This document shows, one piece after another, positions 1-48,544 of a stretch of DNA of 64,000 nt. The DNA lies in NCBI RefSeq assembly GCF_009914755.1, contig NC_060933.1. One strand, given 5' to 3'. This DNA comes from the human T2T-CHM13v2.0 reference genome, Homo sapiens. The stretch's first letter is position 1. Each line of letters begins with the position of its first letter. The position numbers and the translations under genes were made by a program. The notes beneath the pieces are model-generated. The model did no database searches. It was not told where the DNA came from and saw only the letters and a program-made list of their open reading frames with translations.

Positions 1-81
1 TTGATCGTTACATGAAGTGTGTCCACGTTTTGGCTATTGGGAATAGTGCTGCAATTGGCATACAACTATCTGTTCCTGCTT

Positions 82-3452
<3,371 letters not shown>

Positions 3453-4052
3453 CTATTTTTCTTAAGATATCATTTGTGTTTTTTTCTTTCTTCCTAACTT
3501 ACATTTTATAGGGTTTGCTGGTATAGTTTTTATAAAAAAAAAAAAAGTTGGGCCGCGCACGGCGGTTCATGCGAGTCCCTGCTATACAGGCCTTGAGGAT
3601 TCTGCAGAGACCAAGATAAGCTGGGGGGCCTGAACAGTTTAGCAGGGGAGGCCGAGACTCCTGTAACAATCATGCAGTAGTTAATTACAGGGGGGTGAGT
3701 GCAGGGAAGACGACAGGGTGACAGGTATATTGCGTAAGTAGACACTGAGGCCCAGGGAAGCGCAAGGAATAGTCCAGAGACACACAGTCTGCGCTGTCAC
3801 CGGCGGGTTCTCAAATTTGGCCCGCAGGGTCGGCGGCGCTGGGGCTCCCGGCCCGCGATTGCCACGCCCACCAGACCCGAGGTTGCCCCGCTCAACCCGG
3901 CCGGCCGTAGCCGCCAGTACCGTGTGGAAGCGTGAGAGTCGAGGGGTGGCACGTGACTGGCGGGGCGGGGCGGGGCTGAGGCGGTGGAACGCGCAGGCTA
4001 GTGGCTGTGTTTCCCGCCGGAGGCTTTTGCGCAGAGCCCCGCGTCCCTGGGG

Positions 4053-4070
4053 GGCGGCGGCGGCGGCGGC
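4053..4070 (+). repeat. (GGC)6 trinucleotide tract in the TBC1D13 5' leader
   Basis: GGCGGCGGCGGCGGCGGC read directly. Confidence 0.9.
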
Positions 4071-4129
4071 AGCGCAGGCGGCAGAGGCGCAGGCGGCGGA
4101 GGCGGCTGGGGGGTCCGGAAGTCAACACC

Positions 4130-24667
<20,538 letters not shown>

Positions 24668-25193
24668 CCCGGCGGCAAGAGGCCCACGTTCGGGAGAGAA
24701 GCCTCCCGACCCTGTGCCCTGGCTCCCGGGACACATAGAAACCTGTAGGAACCCAGCCTGAGGGGAAGCCACAGGATCGGCCCGAGACCCAGGCCATGCC
24801 CACTGGGGACACACTGTGCCGTGCTCCTTCTGCCGCCACGCCCAGCTCCCCACCTGCCCTGCACTCTGCCCTCTTTGCCCAGGATACTGAGGAGGGCTGG
24901 AGCTCGGGAAGTTGTCCTTCCTGGGCCAGGGCCGTTTCTGGCACTGGGAGGCTGGCAGGGGCCCCTCCCTGCCTCGGCTCTGCCGCCCCAGCCTCAGTTC
25001 CTGCTTCTGGTCTTCTCCTGGGCTCCACTCAGGGGAGGTGCTTGGCCAATGGGCCAGAAACCGCTTCTGAGCGGGGCACTTCGGCTGCTCCACAGGGAAG
25101 GCGACACTGAAAGCTGAGTCCTGCCGTCTGTCTCACCCACAGATGTCTGTAGTCGGTCGGTGTGAATGTGGGCCCAAGTCCCCAGGCATCTTC

Positions 25194-25196
<3 letters not shown>

Positions 25197-25246
<50 letters not shown>
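25197..25246 (+). repeat. (GT)25 microsatellite in the TBC1D13 3' UTR
   Basis: Perfect 50-nt GT run. Confidence 0.97.
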
Positions 25247-25248
<2 letters not shown>

Positions 25249-27193
25249 GGGAGTGAGGGTCTCTCAGGCCTCCAGGTCTCCCAGCCCCTCCTTCTCTGTC
25301 TCTACCTCTCTGCCTGTCTCCTTCCACCTCCTTCCCAGAGTGGGACTGTGTCTTGCTTCATGATTCCTCTCTCCATTACTCTCCCTGCCCTTCTCTGTTG
25401 GGGTGCCTTATCCTGAGCCACCTCCTCTCCCCGCTTGCCTCTGCTCCCCTGAACCTGGGAGACAGATGAGGAGACTGGCTCAGCAAGGCCCCTGGAGGTC
25501 AAGCTTGGCCTTTGCCTCCTGTTCCCATCCCCCAGCCCTGGCTCCTAGGTCCTCCCAACTGGGAGGGAGTCCTCCGTGCCTCACTTAGAGGGTTCTGAAC
25601 CCGTTCCCTACACAGAAATCTTGGAAACCAAATGCTGCTGAGTAAGGATGAAGCTTTGAGCCTCCTGCCCCTGCTTTCTGCCCAGGGAGGGAGAAGGAAG
25701 AGGGGGAGCTGGTTTTTCTGGAGGTTCCCCCAGAGGCCCTCCTGTCCGAAAAGAAAAGGACCTTGATTCTGAGCCCAGGGTCGGAACCCATTGCTTCAGA
25801 AGAGTTGTCATTCCCTCGGCTTCCAGGTCCCAACCCAGGGTTGGGTTGAGTGAGTCCCACAAAGGGCAAGTGGGGCCCGAGGAAGCCTCTCTGGGGCCAG
25901 GGGTAGCTGAGCTTAAAGGCCCTGGGTCCTGCCAGTTCCAGGAGGGCCATGTCTGTGCCTCTGTGTACCCCTCCACCCGCTGCGGGCTGAGGGAGGTGCA
26001 GGGCCTTCTCTGACCCCTGCCTGAGCTGTTCCCAGGGCTGGAGCAGGTGTACCCTGAGCAGGGGCAGCTGGCCACTCCCAGTTCTCACCAAGTCACCTCC
26101 CTCCTTGTACAAGGTTTGCGTCCGGAAGCCGGGTGCCATAGTGAGGACCCTCGTCCTCCAGACTGGCTGGCAGGAGTCAGGCCCCAGCAGCCCTCCTGCC
26201 CCCAAAGCTTTCCGAGTCTGGTGGGCAGGACTTCTCGCTGCCCTTCCAAGCCCGGCTTTGGGCCAGAAAAGGCTTCCCCAGGTGGCTCTTCTACCAGGCT
26301 TTTCCTTTGATGCCGCCTGGATTTCCGCACCTGCCTGTCTCCTCTCCCAGAGCACAGTATTTGGGAGACTTTGACTATTTATTCAGACTCCTGGCTATGT
26401 ATTGCACATTGGCAAGTGCTCTGGGGATGAGGCATGGGTATAGGAAGGGAGAAAGGAGTTGGAGACAAGATCCTCTTCATTTTCCAAGATCAAAGTCAGC
26501 CTCTTCTCCCCATGCTTCTAGGAACTGCCTGGTTTTCAAGCAGGTCCTGGCTGAGCGGGCTCTGAGTTCTGTACTGGAATTGAGTGTAAAGATGGGAAGA
26601 GAACTGGGCTGACTCCAGGACCTCCAGGATGAGGCAGAGGCATGATGCTTCCTGCTCACCTGGGCCACCCTCTCTCCAGGACTTGTCAGCTGGTGGTTCA
26701 GCCCCTTCTCCAACCCCTTCATAAGCTTGGGCCACTGCCTGGGACCCAGCAGACACTGCCCAGGACTCTTTAGTGCACTCACTCTTGTCTGCCCCCTACC
26801 TTCCCTCCTGGAACCACACTACTTGAATCACCATTACTTTGCCTCGCTGGCAGAGTTGGGTCAAGTGCCCTCTCCTTGACCTTGAGATGAAGGTCAAGAG
26901 CACAGGGACCAGGCCTTGGTTAGGCTGAGCTCCCAGCAGGACACCGCCTGCAGAAAGGACCTGCCCTGATAATGTCCCTTCCCCAGATTCTCAAGCAGAT
27001 GCCCAAGGGAGGTCCCCACAGAGCCAGAGTGCCTGAGGCTTCCTGCTTGAGAACCTGCCCCCTGGATCTTGGACACTTACAGATTGAGCTGTATGAATTC
27101 AGCGGGTCTCACTCCAGAGGGTCAGAACGTTTGCTTTAGTTTTTTCATCTGTTTTGTTCCTTGAGTCAGTGCTGTTGATGACGAGTTGTCTTG

Positions 27194-27199
27194 AATAAA
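27194..27199 (+). terminator. TBC1D13: TBC1D13 polyadenylation signal
   Basis: AATAAA followed by catgtgttctttgc and GT-rich downstream sequence. Confidence 0.8.
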
Positions 27200-27462
27200 T
27201 CATGTGTTCTTTGCAATGGGCATTGGTGCTGTGATGAGCTGAAACTTTGGAGACCTCAGAACAGGGAAAAATGAACAGGGATGGAGTCAGAGTCTCTTAG
27301 AGTAGCCCTTCTAAGAAAAGGTCCAGGAAATCCTTCTGGGAAGAGCCTGTTGGATTCTTCCAGTTCAGCCTCAGCAGTCTGCAGCTGGGGGAGGAGGGAG
27401 TGAGTACTGGCTAGGGAGGTTCTGCATACATGATTACATAGCCTGTTATTTTTCAGATTTAA

Positions 27463-27735
<273 letters not shown>

Positions 27736-28367
27736 TGACCAGGCTGGTCTCAACTTCTGACCTTGTGATCCGTCCGCCTTGGCCTCCTAAAGTGTTAGGA
27801 TTACAGGTGTGAGCCAAGATCAGGAACAAGACGAGGATGCCCACTCTCTACTTTCATTCAACATAGTACTGGCAGTACTAGCCAGACTGGTTAAGCAAGA
27901 GAAAGAAAAAGCATCCAAATAGGAAAGGAAGAAGTGAAATTGTCTCTCTTTGCCAACAACATGATCTTATATTAGAAAAAACCCTAAAGACTTCACCAAA
28001 AAGCTGTTAGAACTAAAGTGACAAGAAACAAAATCAACAAACAGAAATCAGTAACATTTCTGTACACTAACAAACTATCTGAAAAAGAAATCAAGAAAAA
28101 GGCAGAAATAAAAAACTGAATTCAGAAAAAAAAAAGACAAGAAATAGAGAAAATCTCATTCACAGTAAGTACCCCCTCAAAAAAATTATTTAGAGCCGGG
28201 CGCAGTGGCTCATGCCTGTAATCTCAGCACTTTGGGAGGCCGAGGTGGGCGTTTCACAAGGTCAAGAGATTGAGACCAGCCTGGCCAACATGGTGAAGCC
28301 CCGTCTCTACTAAAAATACAAAAATTAGCAGGGCGTGGTGGCACATGCCTGTAATCCCACTTACTCA

Positions 28368-28472
<105 letters not shown>

Positions 28473-28595
28473 TCAAAAAAAAAAAAAAAAAAAAGGTTTA
28501 GTAACCATAACAGCATGATACTGGTGTAAAATAGACACACTGACCAAAGGAACAGAACAGAGGAGCCCAAAATGAACCCAGGCATTTGGGGGTGA

Positions 28596-28808
<213 letters not shown>

Positions 28809-29182
28809 TAGAGACAGGGCATCTTTGCATTGCCCAGGCTGGTCTCAAAACTCCTGGGCTCAAACAGTCTTCCTGCCTTGGCCTCCCAGTGTTGGGATTA
28901 CAGGTGCGAGCCACTGTGCCAAGCTGTGTTTGTGGGGGTTTTTTTGTTTTTTTTGTTTTTGTTTTGTTTTGGTGCTGTTTTTGAGATAGCGTCTCGCTCT
29001 GTTGCCCAGGCTTGCTGCAGTGGCGCCAGCTTGGCTCCCTGCAACCTCCGCCTCCTGGGTTCAAGTGATTCCCCTGCCTCAGCCTCCCAAGTAGCTGGGA
29101 CTACAAACCTACGCCACCATGCCTGGCTAACTTTTATTTATTTATTTATTTTTGAGACGGAGTTTCACTCTTGTTGCCCTAG

Positions 29183-29326
<144 letters not shown>

Positions 29327-29332
29327 TAGTAG

Positions 29333-29512
<180 letters not shown>

Positions 29513-29515
29513 TGA

Positions 29516-30920
<1,405 letters not shown>

Positions 30921-30944
30921 TATTATTATTACTGTTTTTTTTGA

Positions 30945-31362
<418 letters not shown>

Positions 31363-32271
31363 TAGCTTGGATTACATATCTTTATGTGATGCATGATTAT
31401 ATTTGCAAACCATACATCTGATAAGGGGTTAATATCCAAGATATATAAGTACTTAAAACATCTCAGTAGCAGCTGGGCATGGTGGCTCATGCCTGTAATT
31501 CAAGCACTTTGGGAGGCGGAGGCGGGTGGATCACCTGAGGTCCGGAGTTCAAGACCAGCCTGGCCAATATGGTGAAACCCAGTCTCTACTAAAACTACAA
31601 AAATATTAGCCAGGAGTGGTGGTGGGTGCCTGTAATCCCAGCTACCCAGGAGGCTGAGGCACAAGAATCACTTGAACCCAGAGGCGGAGGTTGCAGTGAG
31701 CCGAGATCGTGCCACTGCACTCCAGCCTGGGTGACAGAGCAGGACTCTGTCTAAAAAACAAAAACAGAAACAAACAAAAATCTCAATAGCAAGAAAACAA
31801 TGTGATTTAAACAACACGCAAAGGACCTGAATAGATATTTCTCAAAAGAAGACATACAGCACTTTGGGAGGCTGAGGCAGGCGAATCGCCAGGTGAAGAG
31901 ATCAAGACCATCCTGGCCAACATGGTGAAACCCCGTCTCTACTAAAAATACAAAAATTAGATGGGCATGGTGGTGTGTGCTTGAACCCAGGAGGCGGAGG
32001 TTGCAGTGAGCCGAGATCGAGCCACTGCACTCCAGCCTGGTGACAGAGCCAGACTCTGTCTCAAAAAAAAATAAAAAAAGACATAAAAATTTCTGGCAAC
32101 TATCTGAAAAAATGCTGAACAATGCATGGATCATCTGGGAAATGCAAATTAAAACCAAAATGAGATACCACCTCACACCTGTCAGAATGGCTTATAAAAA
32201 AAAGACAAGGCCGGGCGTGGTGGCTAACGCCTGTAATCCCAGCACTTTGGGAGGCTGAGGCAGGTGGATCA

Positions 32272-32544
<273 letters not shown>

Positions 32545-32557
32545 TTACGGTAGGTGA

Positions 32558-32896
<339 letters not shown>

Positions 32897-32970
32897 TAGC
32901 ATGGTATGGCCAGGTGCGATGGCTCACACCTGTAATCCCAGCACTTTGGGAGACTGAGGTGGGTGGATCA

Positions 32971-33222
<252 letters not shown>

Positions 33223-33259
33223 TCACTATAGTTAATGTATATTTCAAAATTGCTGAAAG

Positions 33260-34968
<1,709 letters not shown>

Positions 34969-35029
34969 TTATGGTGTCATGGAGGATAGCCTAGGGCCAG
35001 ATATACCTGGGGCCCTGTGCCTGCTCTGC

Positions 35030-36240
35030 GAACTAGGAGCTCACTCTCCGAGCGGTGTAGAGGGTGAGACTAAGCAGTGACAGTAAAAGCTCTCGACAGT
35101 GCTTGACCCTTCCGCGGAGCGTATTAAGCAGGAGCTCCCTGCGCAGGCGCAGAGGAGAGAGTGTCTCCCACCCCACGACCAGCAGGGGGCCTGCGAGGCG
35201 GGTGCGGAGCCAGGCCTGATGGTGGCCAATCGCGAGCTGAGGCGACGATGCCACGCCCCTCATACTGGCGTCTTAAATGCGCAAAGAAAGGACGCCGGGG
35301 ACACCCGGTTGGGCTCTGCTGCTCCCTTCTGGGTTCCGAGGCCCAAGCCCTTGGCAGTGTTTGTGAGTGGAAGGGAGGTCACGCTATCGTCCGCGGCCCC
35401 AGCAGCCCTGTGCCCTCGTTGGATCCCGCGACGCGGCTCCTTTAAGAGCCTCGCGGGTCGCCCGCCGCTAGGTCGCTCCCCGGCCATGCGGGCGCTGCGG
35501 GCCGGCCTGACCCTGGCGTTGGGCGCGGGGCTGGGTGCGGTCGTCGAGGGCTGGCGGCGGCGGCGGGAGGACGCGCGGGCGGCGCCGGGACTGCTGGGCC
35601 GGCTGCCCGTGCTGCCCGTGGCGGCGGCAGCCGAGTTGCCCCCTGTGCCCGGGGGACCCCGCGGCCCGGGCGAGCTGGCCAAGTACGGGCTGCCGGGGCT
35701 GGCGCAGCTCAAGAGCCGCGAGTCGTACGTGCTGTGCTACGACCCGCGCACCCGCGGCGCGCTCTGGGTGGTGGAGCAGCTGCGACCCGAGCGTCTCCGC
35801 GGCGACGGCGACCGGCGCGAGTGCGACTTCCGCGAGGACGACTCGGTGCACGCGTACCACCGTGCCACCAACGCCGACTACCGCGGCAGTGGCTTCGACC
35901 GCGGTCACCTGGCCGCCGCCGCCAACCACCGCTGGAGCCAGAAGGCCATGGACGACACGTTCTACCTGAGCAACGTCGCGCCCCAGGTAGCGCCCGCGCC
36001 CCGGGCCGGTCGCGGAATGCGGGGCCGGCGCCTGGCCTCGCGGGGCCTCGGTTTGTTCTTCTGCAGAACGGGGCAGCTGCCCAACGCGCCCCCGGTCAGG
36101 CATCGCAGTGACATCCCGTGGCGGGAGGGAGGAGCACTGGGCTCCAGGCACAGGGTCTGCAGGCCGACCAGGGCTTGAGCTTCAACTGCGAACCCTGGGC
36201 ACCTCCCTGAGCGTCGCTTTCCTCGTCAAAAAAATGGGGA
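35030..36240 (+). promoter_or_regulatory. ENDOG: ENDOG CpG island and promoter
   Basis: CpG-dense through exon 1. NRF1-type TGCGCAGGCGCA 35140-35151; CCAAT 35226-35230; adjacent CCACGCCCC GC box. Confidence 0.85.
35486..35986 (+). CDS. ENDOG: ENDOG exon 1 CDS
   Basis: GGCCATG start; MRALRAGL...SNVAPQ; GTAGC donor. Confidence 0.97.
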
Positions 36241-39200
36241 TAATACCGTTATTCACCTTCCTCCTGCGGTAGTGATGAGGCGCTGAGGCTCACAGAGGCA
36301 AAGTGACGGGCACAGTGTCACACAGCAGAAGAAGGCTGTCTGTTGTAGAACCGCAGCGCCCAACCTATTGGGCACCAGGGTGCGGTTTCGTGGAAGACAG
36401 TTTTTCCACGGCTTGGTGGGTGAGGGCGGGTTTCAGGATAATTCAAGTGCGTTACATTTATGTACATTTTATTTCTATTATTATTACATTGTAACATATA
36501 GTGAAATATACAACTCACAGTAATGTAGGATCCGTGGGAGCCCTGAGCTTGTTTTCCTGCAACTAGACAGTCCTATCTGGAGGTGATGGGCAACAACGAC
36601 AGATCAGGCATTAGGTTTTCAAAAGGAGCGCGCAACCTCCTCACATGCGCAGTTCACCATAGGGTTCCAGCTCCTATGACAATCTCCAGCCGCCACTGAT
36701 CTGACAGGAGGCGGAGCTCAGGCTGCTGTGGGATCAATGGGGGGGTGGCTGTAAATACAGATGAAGCTTCCCTTGCTCGCCTGCTGCTCACCTCCTGCTG
36801 TGTGGCCCGGTTCTGGTACCGGTCTGTAGCCCAGGGGTTGGGGACCCCTAGTCTATAAAACCGTGAGCCTCCAGACATTGTCCTACCCTGCCTGCCTTCA
36901 GGCAGTTTCGAGGCAGACACCTGGCCCACGATCAGGTTGTTAGTGCCAGGCACTGTGCACTGGGCCAACCACCCTCTCAGCCTGTTCCCAGCAGGTCCTG
37001 GCACCAATGGATGGAGACTGCCATGGGGCTCTGGGTGGAGCCCATGGGGCACCAACCTCTGACCCAGCTTCCTTCTGGGAAGACAGCCCCCTATCCACTT
37101 TCCATTGTCCCAGGCCTGGAGAGCTCAGGATGGAGGTCGATTCATGACATTCCCCGCTAGGCTCTTCCTGTGGCTCAGACTGGGAAAAGGAACGGGTTGG
37201 TAGTTGGAAGGGCTGGTCTTCCCAGGAGACCCTGGGTGGGGCTGGGGACAGGCCTCAGTCCTCTCTGAAAGGTGGAGACAGGCTCTTCCTTCATTCGACT
37301 CTTGGGAGCTGAGAAAAGACTTTGACACCTGGGCTGTGGGAGGGACAGAGGGTGGTGGCTAGCACTCTATCAGCCCTGGGTTTCAGGGAGTGACTTTCAT
37401 TCCTTGAGCCTCAGTTTCCCCCCGCTTGTCTCACTGGATATCTCTGAGCCTGTCCATCCCCTCAGGACCTGGGGCGGCCCTCTGATAGAGGAGGAAGGGT
37501 CCCAGCCACAGTCCTGCTAAGCCCTATCTCTCCTACCAGGTGCCCCACCTCAACCAGAATGCCTGGAACAACCTGGAGAAATATAGCCGCAGCTTGACCC
37601 GCAGCTACCAAAACGTCTATGTCTGCACAGGGCCACTCTTCCTGCCCAGGTAAGGTGGAAACCAGGGGGGCGGCAGAACCTCCCACTCACCCGAGGCCCC
37701 TACTGCCACTCACAGGGCCAGGCTTGCCCCAGGCTCTGGGTCAATACCAGTTCCCTACTCATCTGGTTTCTTGGCAAGCCTGTCAGCTTCCCTGCCTCGA
37801 GTCCCCTCATTCCACCTCCACAGCCAAAGACCTGTCGGGTACCCCTGACCATCTCTCCTCTGCCCATGGGCAGCAGCAGGCCCTGAATCTGCCCCCGCTT
37901 CTCCCTGCTGTCACCTCTTGGCATGCCCACCCAATCTTGTTCTGCCAATATGGAACCCCCCGCAGGTCTGCAGTGCACCAAGCTCTCCCACCTTCCCCCC
38001 GCAGGTCTGCAGTGCACCAAGCTCTCCCGCCTTCCCCCTGCAGGTCTGCGGTGCACCAAGCTCTCCCACCTTCCCTCTGCAGGTCCGAGGTGCACCGAGC
38101 TCTCCCGCCTTCCCCATGCAGGTCCCCAGTGCACCGAGCTCTCACGCCTTCCCCATGCAGGTCCCCAGTGCACCGAGCTCTCCCGCCTTCCCCATGCAGG
38201 TCCCCAGTGCACCGAGCTCTCACGCCTTCCCCCTGCAGGTCCGCGGTGCACCAGGCTCTCCCGCCTTCAGTCTCTGCTCTGCTTGGAGCACTTCCCTCCA
38301 CCCTTCTCGGGAGTTTGAATCTAGATCTGCCTGACCCAGGGCCTCCACTCTTGCTCCTGTGCAGCCCTGCCTCTCAGGTGGAAGCAACTGAGCACCTCTG
38401 GGTGTGCTCCGTGGTTTTTCTGGCCTGCAGAGGGCTGGGGCTGAGAGGCAACAGGTCCAGGCTGAGCAGCTCACTCTGGAATCCACAGGCTCGGGATGGA
38501 GTCCAGGCCTCATCACCTAGTTCCTTGGTGCTGTGGGCAAATGACCTGTGTCCCCCTCTGCAAAACCTGTGACCTCTTGGTTGATGTCACATGCTTCCCC
38601 AGGGCCTGGTCCATGGTAAGGGCTCGGCATAGGCTGGCCAAGGCGGTGGTTGGGGCACTGATCAAATTTCATTAGCAGGTGCCTCCTAGGGCCTGGTGGA
38701 AGGGAGGAGACTCTGCTGAGGGGGAGCCCCCGTCCGGTGTCCTGGCACCTGTGCTGGTGCTGGGATGTCACCTGTCATGGTCCTTGCCCACTTGTTGCTC
38801 ACCTCTGTGGGGAGAGATGGACAGTCGTTAAGTCTCCCCTCAGACGAATGTGAATATTCAGAAGGCTCGATTCTCCTAGCAGCGTTTATTGTCGCCCACT
38901 CTGCCTGACCCAGTGTTGGGCATAAGGAAAACAGAGGGAAAGAGTTAACCACCCTGGAGAGAGTTCCAGCCTCAAGGAGGAGCCAGGCAGGCTACAGAAG
39001 TCTCACAGTGAGGGCGTGGTCCTGCAGGTTGACAGAAGTTAGAGGACAGATCAGGGAAGGCTGCCTGGAAGAGGTGGCTTTGGGTTCATCCAGGCCCCCT
39101 GCCCACGTGTGCCTGGGTCTGCCCACAGGACAGAGGCTGATGGGAAATCCTACGTAAAGTACCAGGTCATCGGCAAGAACCACGTGGCAGTGCCCACACA

Positions 39201-39411
39201 CTTCTTCAAGGTGCTGATCCTGGAGGCAGCAGGTGGGCAAATTGAGCTCCGCACCTACGTGATGCCCAACGCACCTGTGGATGAGGCCATCCCACTGGAG
39301 CGCTTCCTGGTGCCCATCGAGAGCATTGAGCGGGCTTCGGGGCTGCTCTTTGTGCCAAACATCCTGGCGCGGGCAGGCAGCCTCAAGGCCATCACGGCGG
39401 GCAGTAAGTGA
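35486..39411 (+). CDS. ENDOG: Endonuclease G, mitochondrial precursor, 297 aa, 3 exons
   Basis: join(35486-35986,37540-37649,39129-39411) = 894 nt. Arg/Ala/Leu-rich presequence, DRGH active-site motif (H141 at 35906-35908), NQNAWNNLE in exon 2, ending ITAGSK*. Confidence 0.98.
36354..36850 (-). mobile_element. MER1A (hAT-Charlie) DNA transposon in ENDOG intron 1
   Basis: Minus strand reads AGGGGTCCCCAACCCC...GACCGGTACC...AAGCTTCATCTGTATTTACAGCC...GTCTTCCACGAAACC...GGTGCC...AGGTTGGG, matching the recalled MER1A consensus over about 500 bp. Confidence 0.85.
36468..36473 (-). terminator. SPOUT1: Candidate distal SPOUT1 poly(A) signal (AATAAA, minus strand) inside MER1A
   Basis: TTTATT on the + strand within MER1A in ENDOG intron 1. 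Confidence 0.55.
37540..37649 (+). CDS. ENDOG: ENDOG exon 2
   Basis: ctaccag acceptor; VPHLNQNAWNNLEKYSR...GPLFLP; GTAAG donor. Confidence 0.96.
37956..38267. repeat. 39-bp minisatellite, 8 copies
   Basis: Unit about CCCCmyGCAGGTCyscaGTGCACCrAGCTCTCmCrCCTT; 8 x 39 = 312 nt. Confidence 0.95.
38885..38890 (-). terminator. SPOUT1: Candidate proximal SPOUT1 poly(A) signal (AATAAA, minus strand)
   Basis: First TTTATT on the + strand that I found beyond the SPOUT1 stop; it lies in ENDOG intron 2. Confidence 0.6.
39129..39411 (+). CDS. ENDOG: ENDOG exon 3 CDS
   Basis: ccacag acceptor; TEADGKSYVKYQVIG...AGSK-TGA. Confidence 0.97.
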
Positions 39412-39455
39412 GGGTGGAGCCCAGTGAGACTGTGGGTGTGTGCAGGCCGGGGAGT

Positions 39456-39461
39456 ATTAAA
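39456..39461 (+). terminator. ENDOG: ENDOG polyadenylation signal (ATTAAA)
   Basis: ATTAAA about 45 nt after the stop, with GT-rich sequence downstream. Confidence 0.75.
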
Positions 39462-39565
39462 GGTGGTGATTTTTGGAGACAAGTCTGGTGGCGTCCGTCC
39501 CAAGTGACCTGCAGAGCCCCTGGTTTCACTGCTGCTTCACTGATGTCCTCGGCCCCTTAGAACTT

Positions 39566-46583
<7,018 letters not shown>

Positions 46584-46865
46584 GTTCCGCACACACCGTC
46601 GGTCCCGCCTCTGCCAATGAGACTCGCCTCTTCCGGCCACACCTCCATTAAGCTGTCCAATCGGAGAGCCAATATCGCCCAGGGGCGTGGCCTGGGCGCC
46701 CGACGGGCTGCAGGGGCACGCGGGCTGGAGTAGGTTGGGCAGAGTAGGTGTCCAAATAGGCGGCATCGCGGGTACTGTGCTGAATTTTGGATGGCTCGGA
46801 GCCCCCCTCTGAGTTGGGACAAATACAACACTCAGACCTCTGAGTAGTTCACTTGTTTAAAAATA

Positions 46866-48537
<1,672 letters not shown>

Positions 48538-48544
48538 CTCGAAC

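Larger units (their letters stand above)
24668..27215 (+). other. TBC1D13: TBC1D13 3' UTR (about 2.5 kb)
   Basis: Alu-free stretch from the stop codon to AATAAA at 27194, followed by GT-rich sequence. Confidence 0.8.

Noticed and set aside
25585-26355. 256-aa ORF antisense to the TBC1D13 3' UTR
   Set aside because: Non-ATG start, GC-rich, no recognisable domain or exon structure.
35468-36151. Overlapping alternative-frame and antisense ORFs over ENDOG exon 1
   Set aside because: Expected from the very high GC content and scarcity of stop codons in a CpG-island exon.
35987-36178. In-frame continuation of ENDOG exon 1 into intron 1 (part of the 359-aa ORF)
   Set aside because: A usable donor at 35987 with exons 2-3 completes the known protein; the read-through tail is low-information GC-rich sequence lacking the exon 2 catalytic residues.
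37956-38267. Regular repeat array resembling a CRISPR array
   Set aside because: Head-to-tail tandem units without unique spacers, human context and no cas genes; it is a minisatellite.
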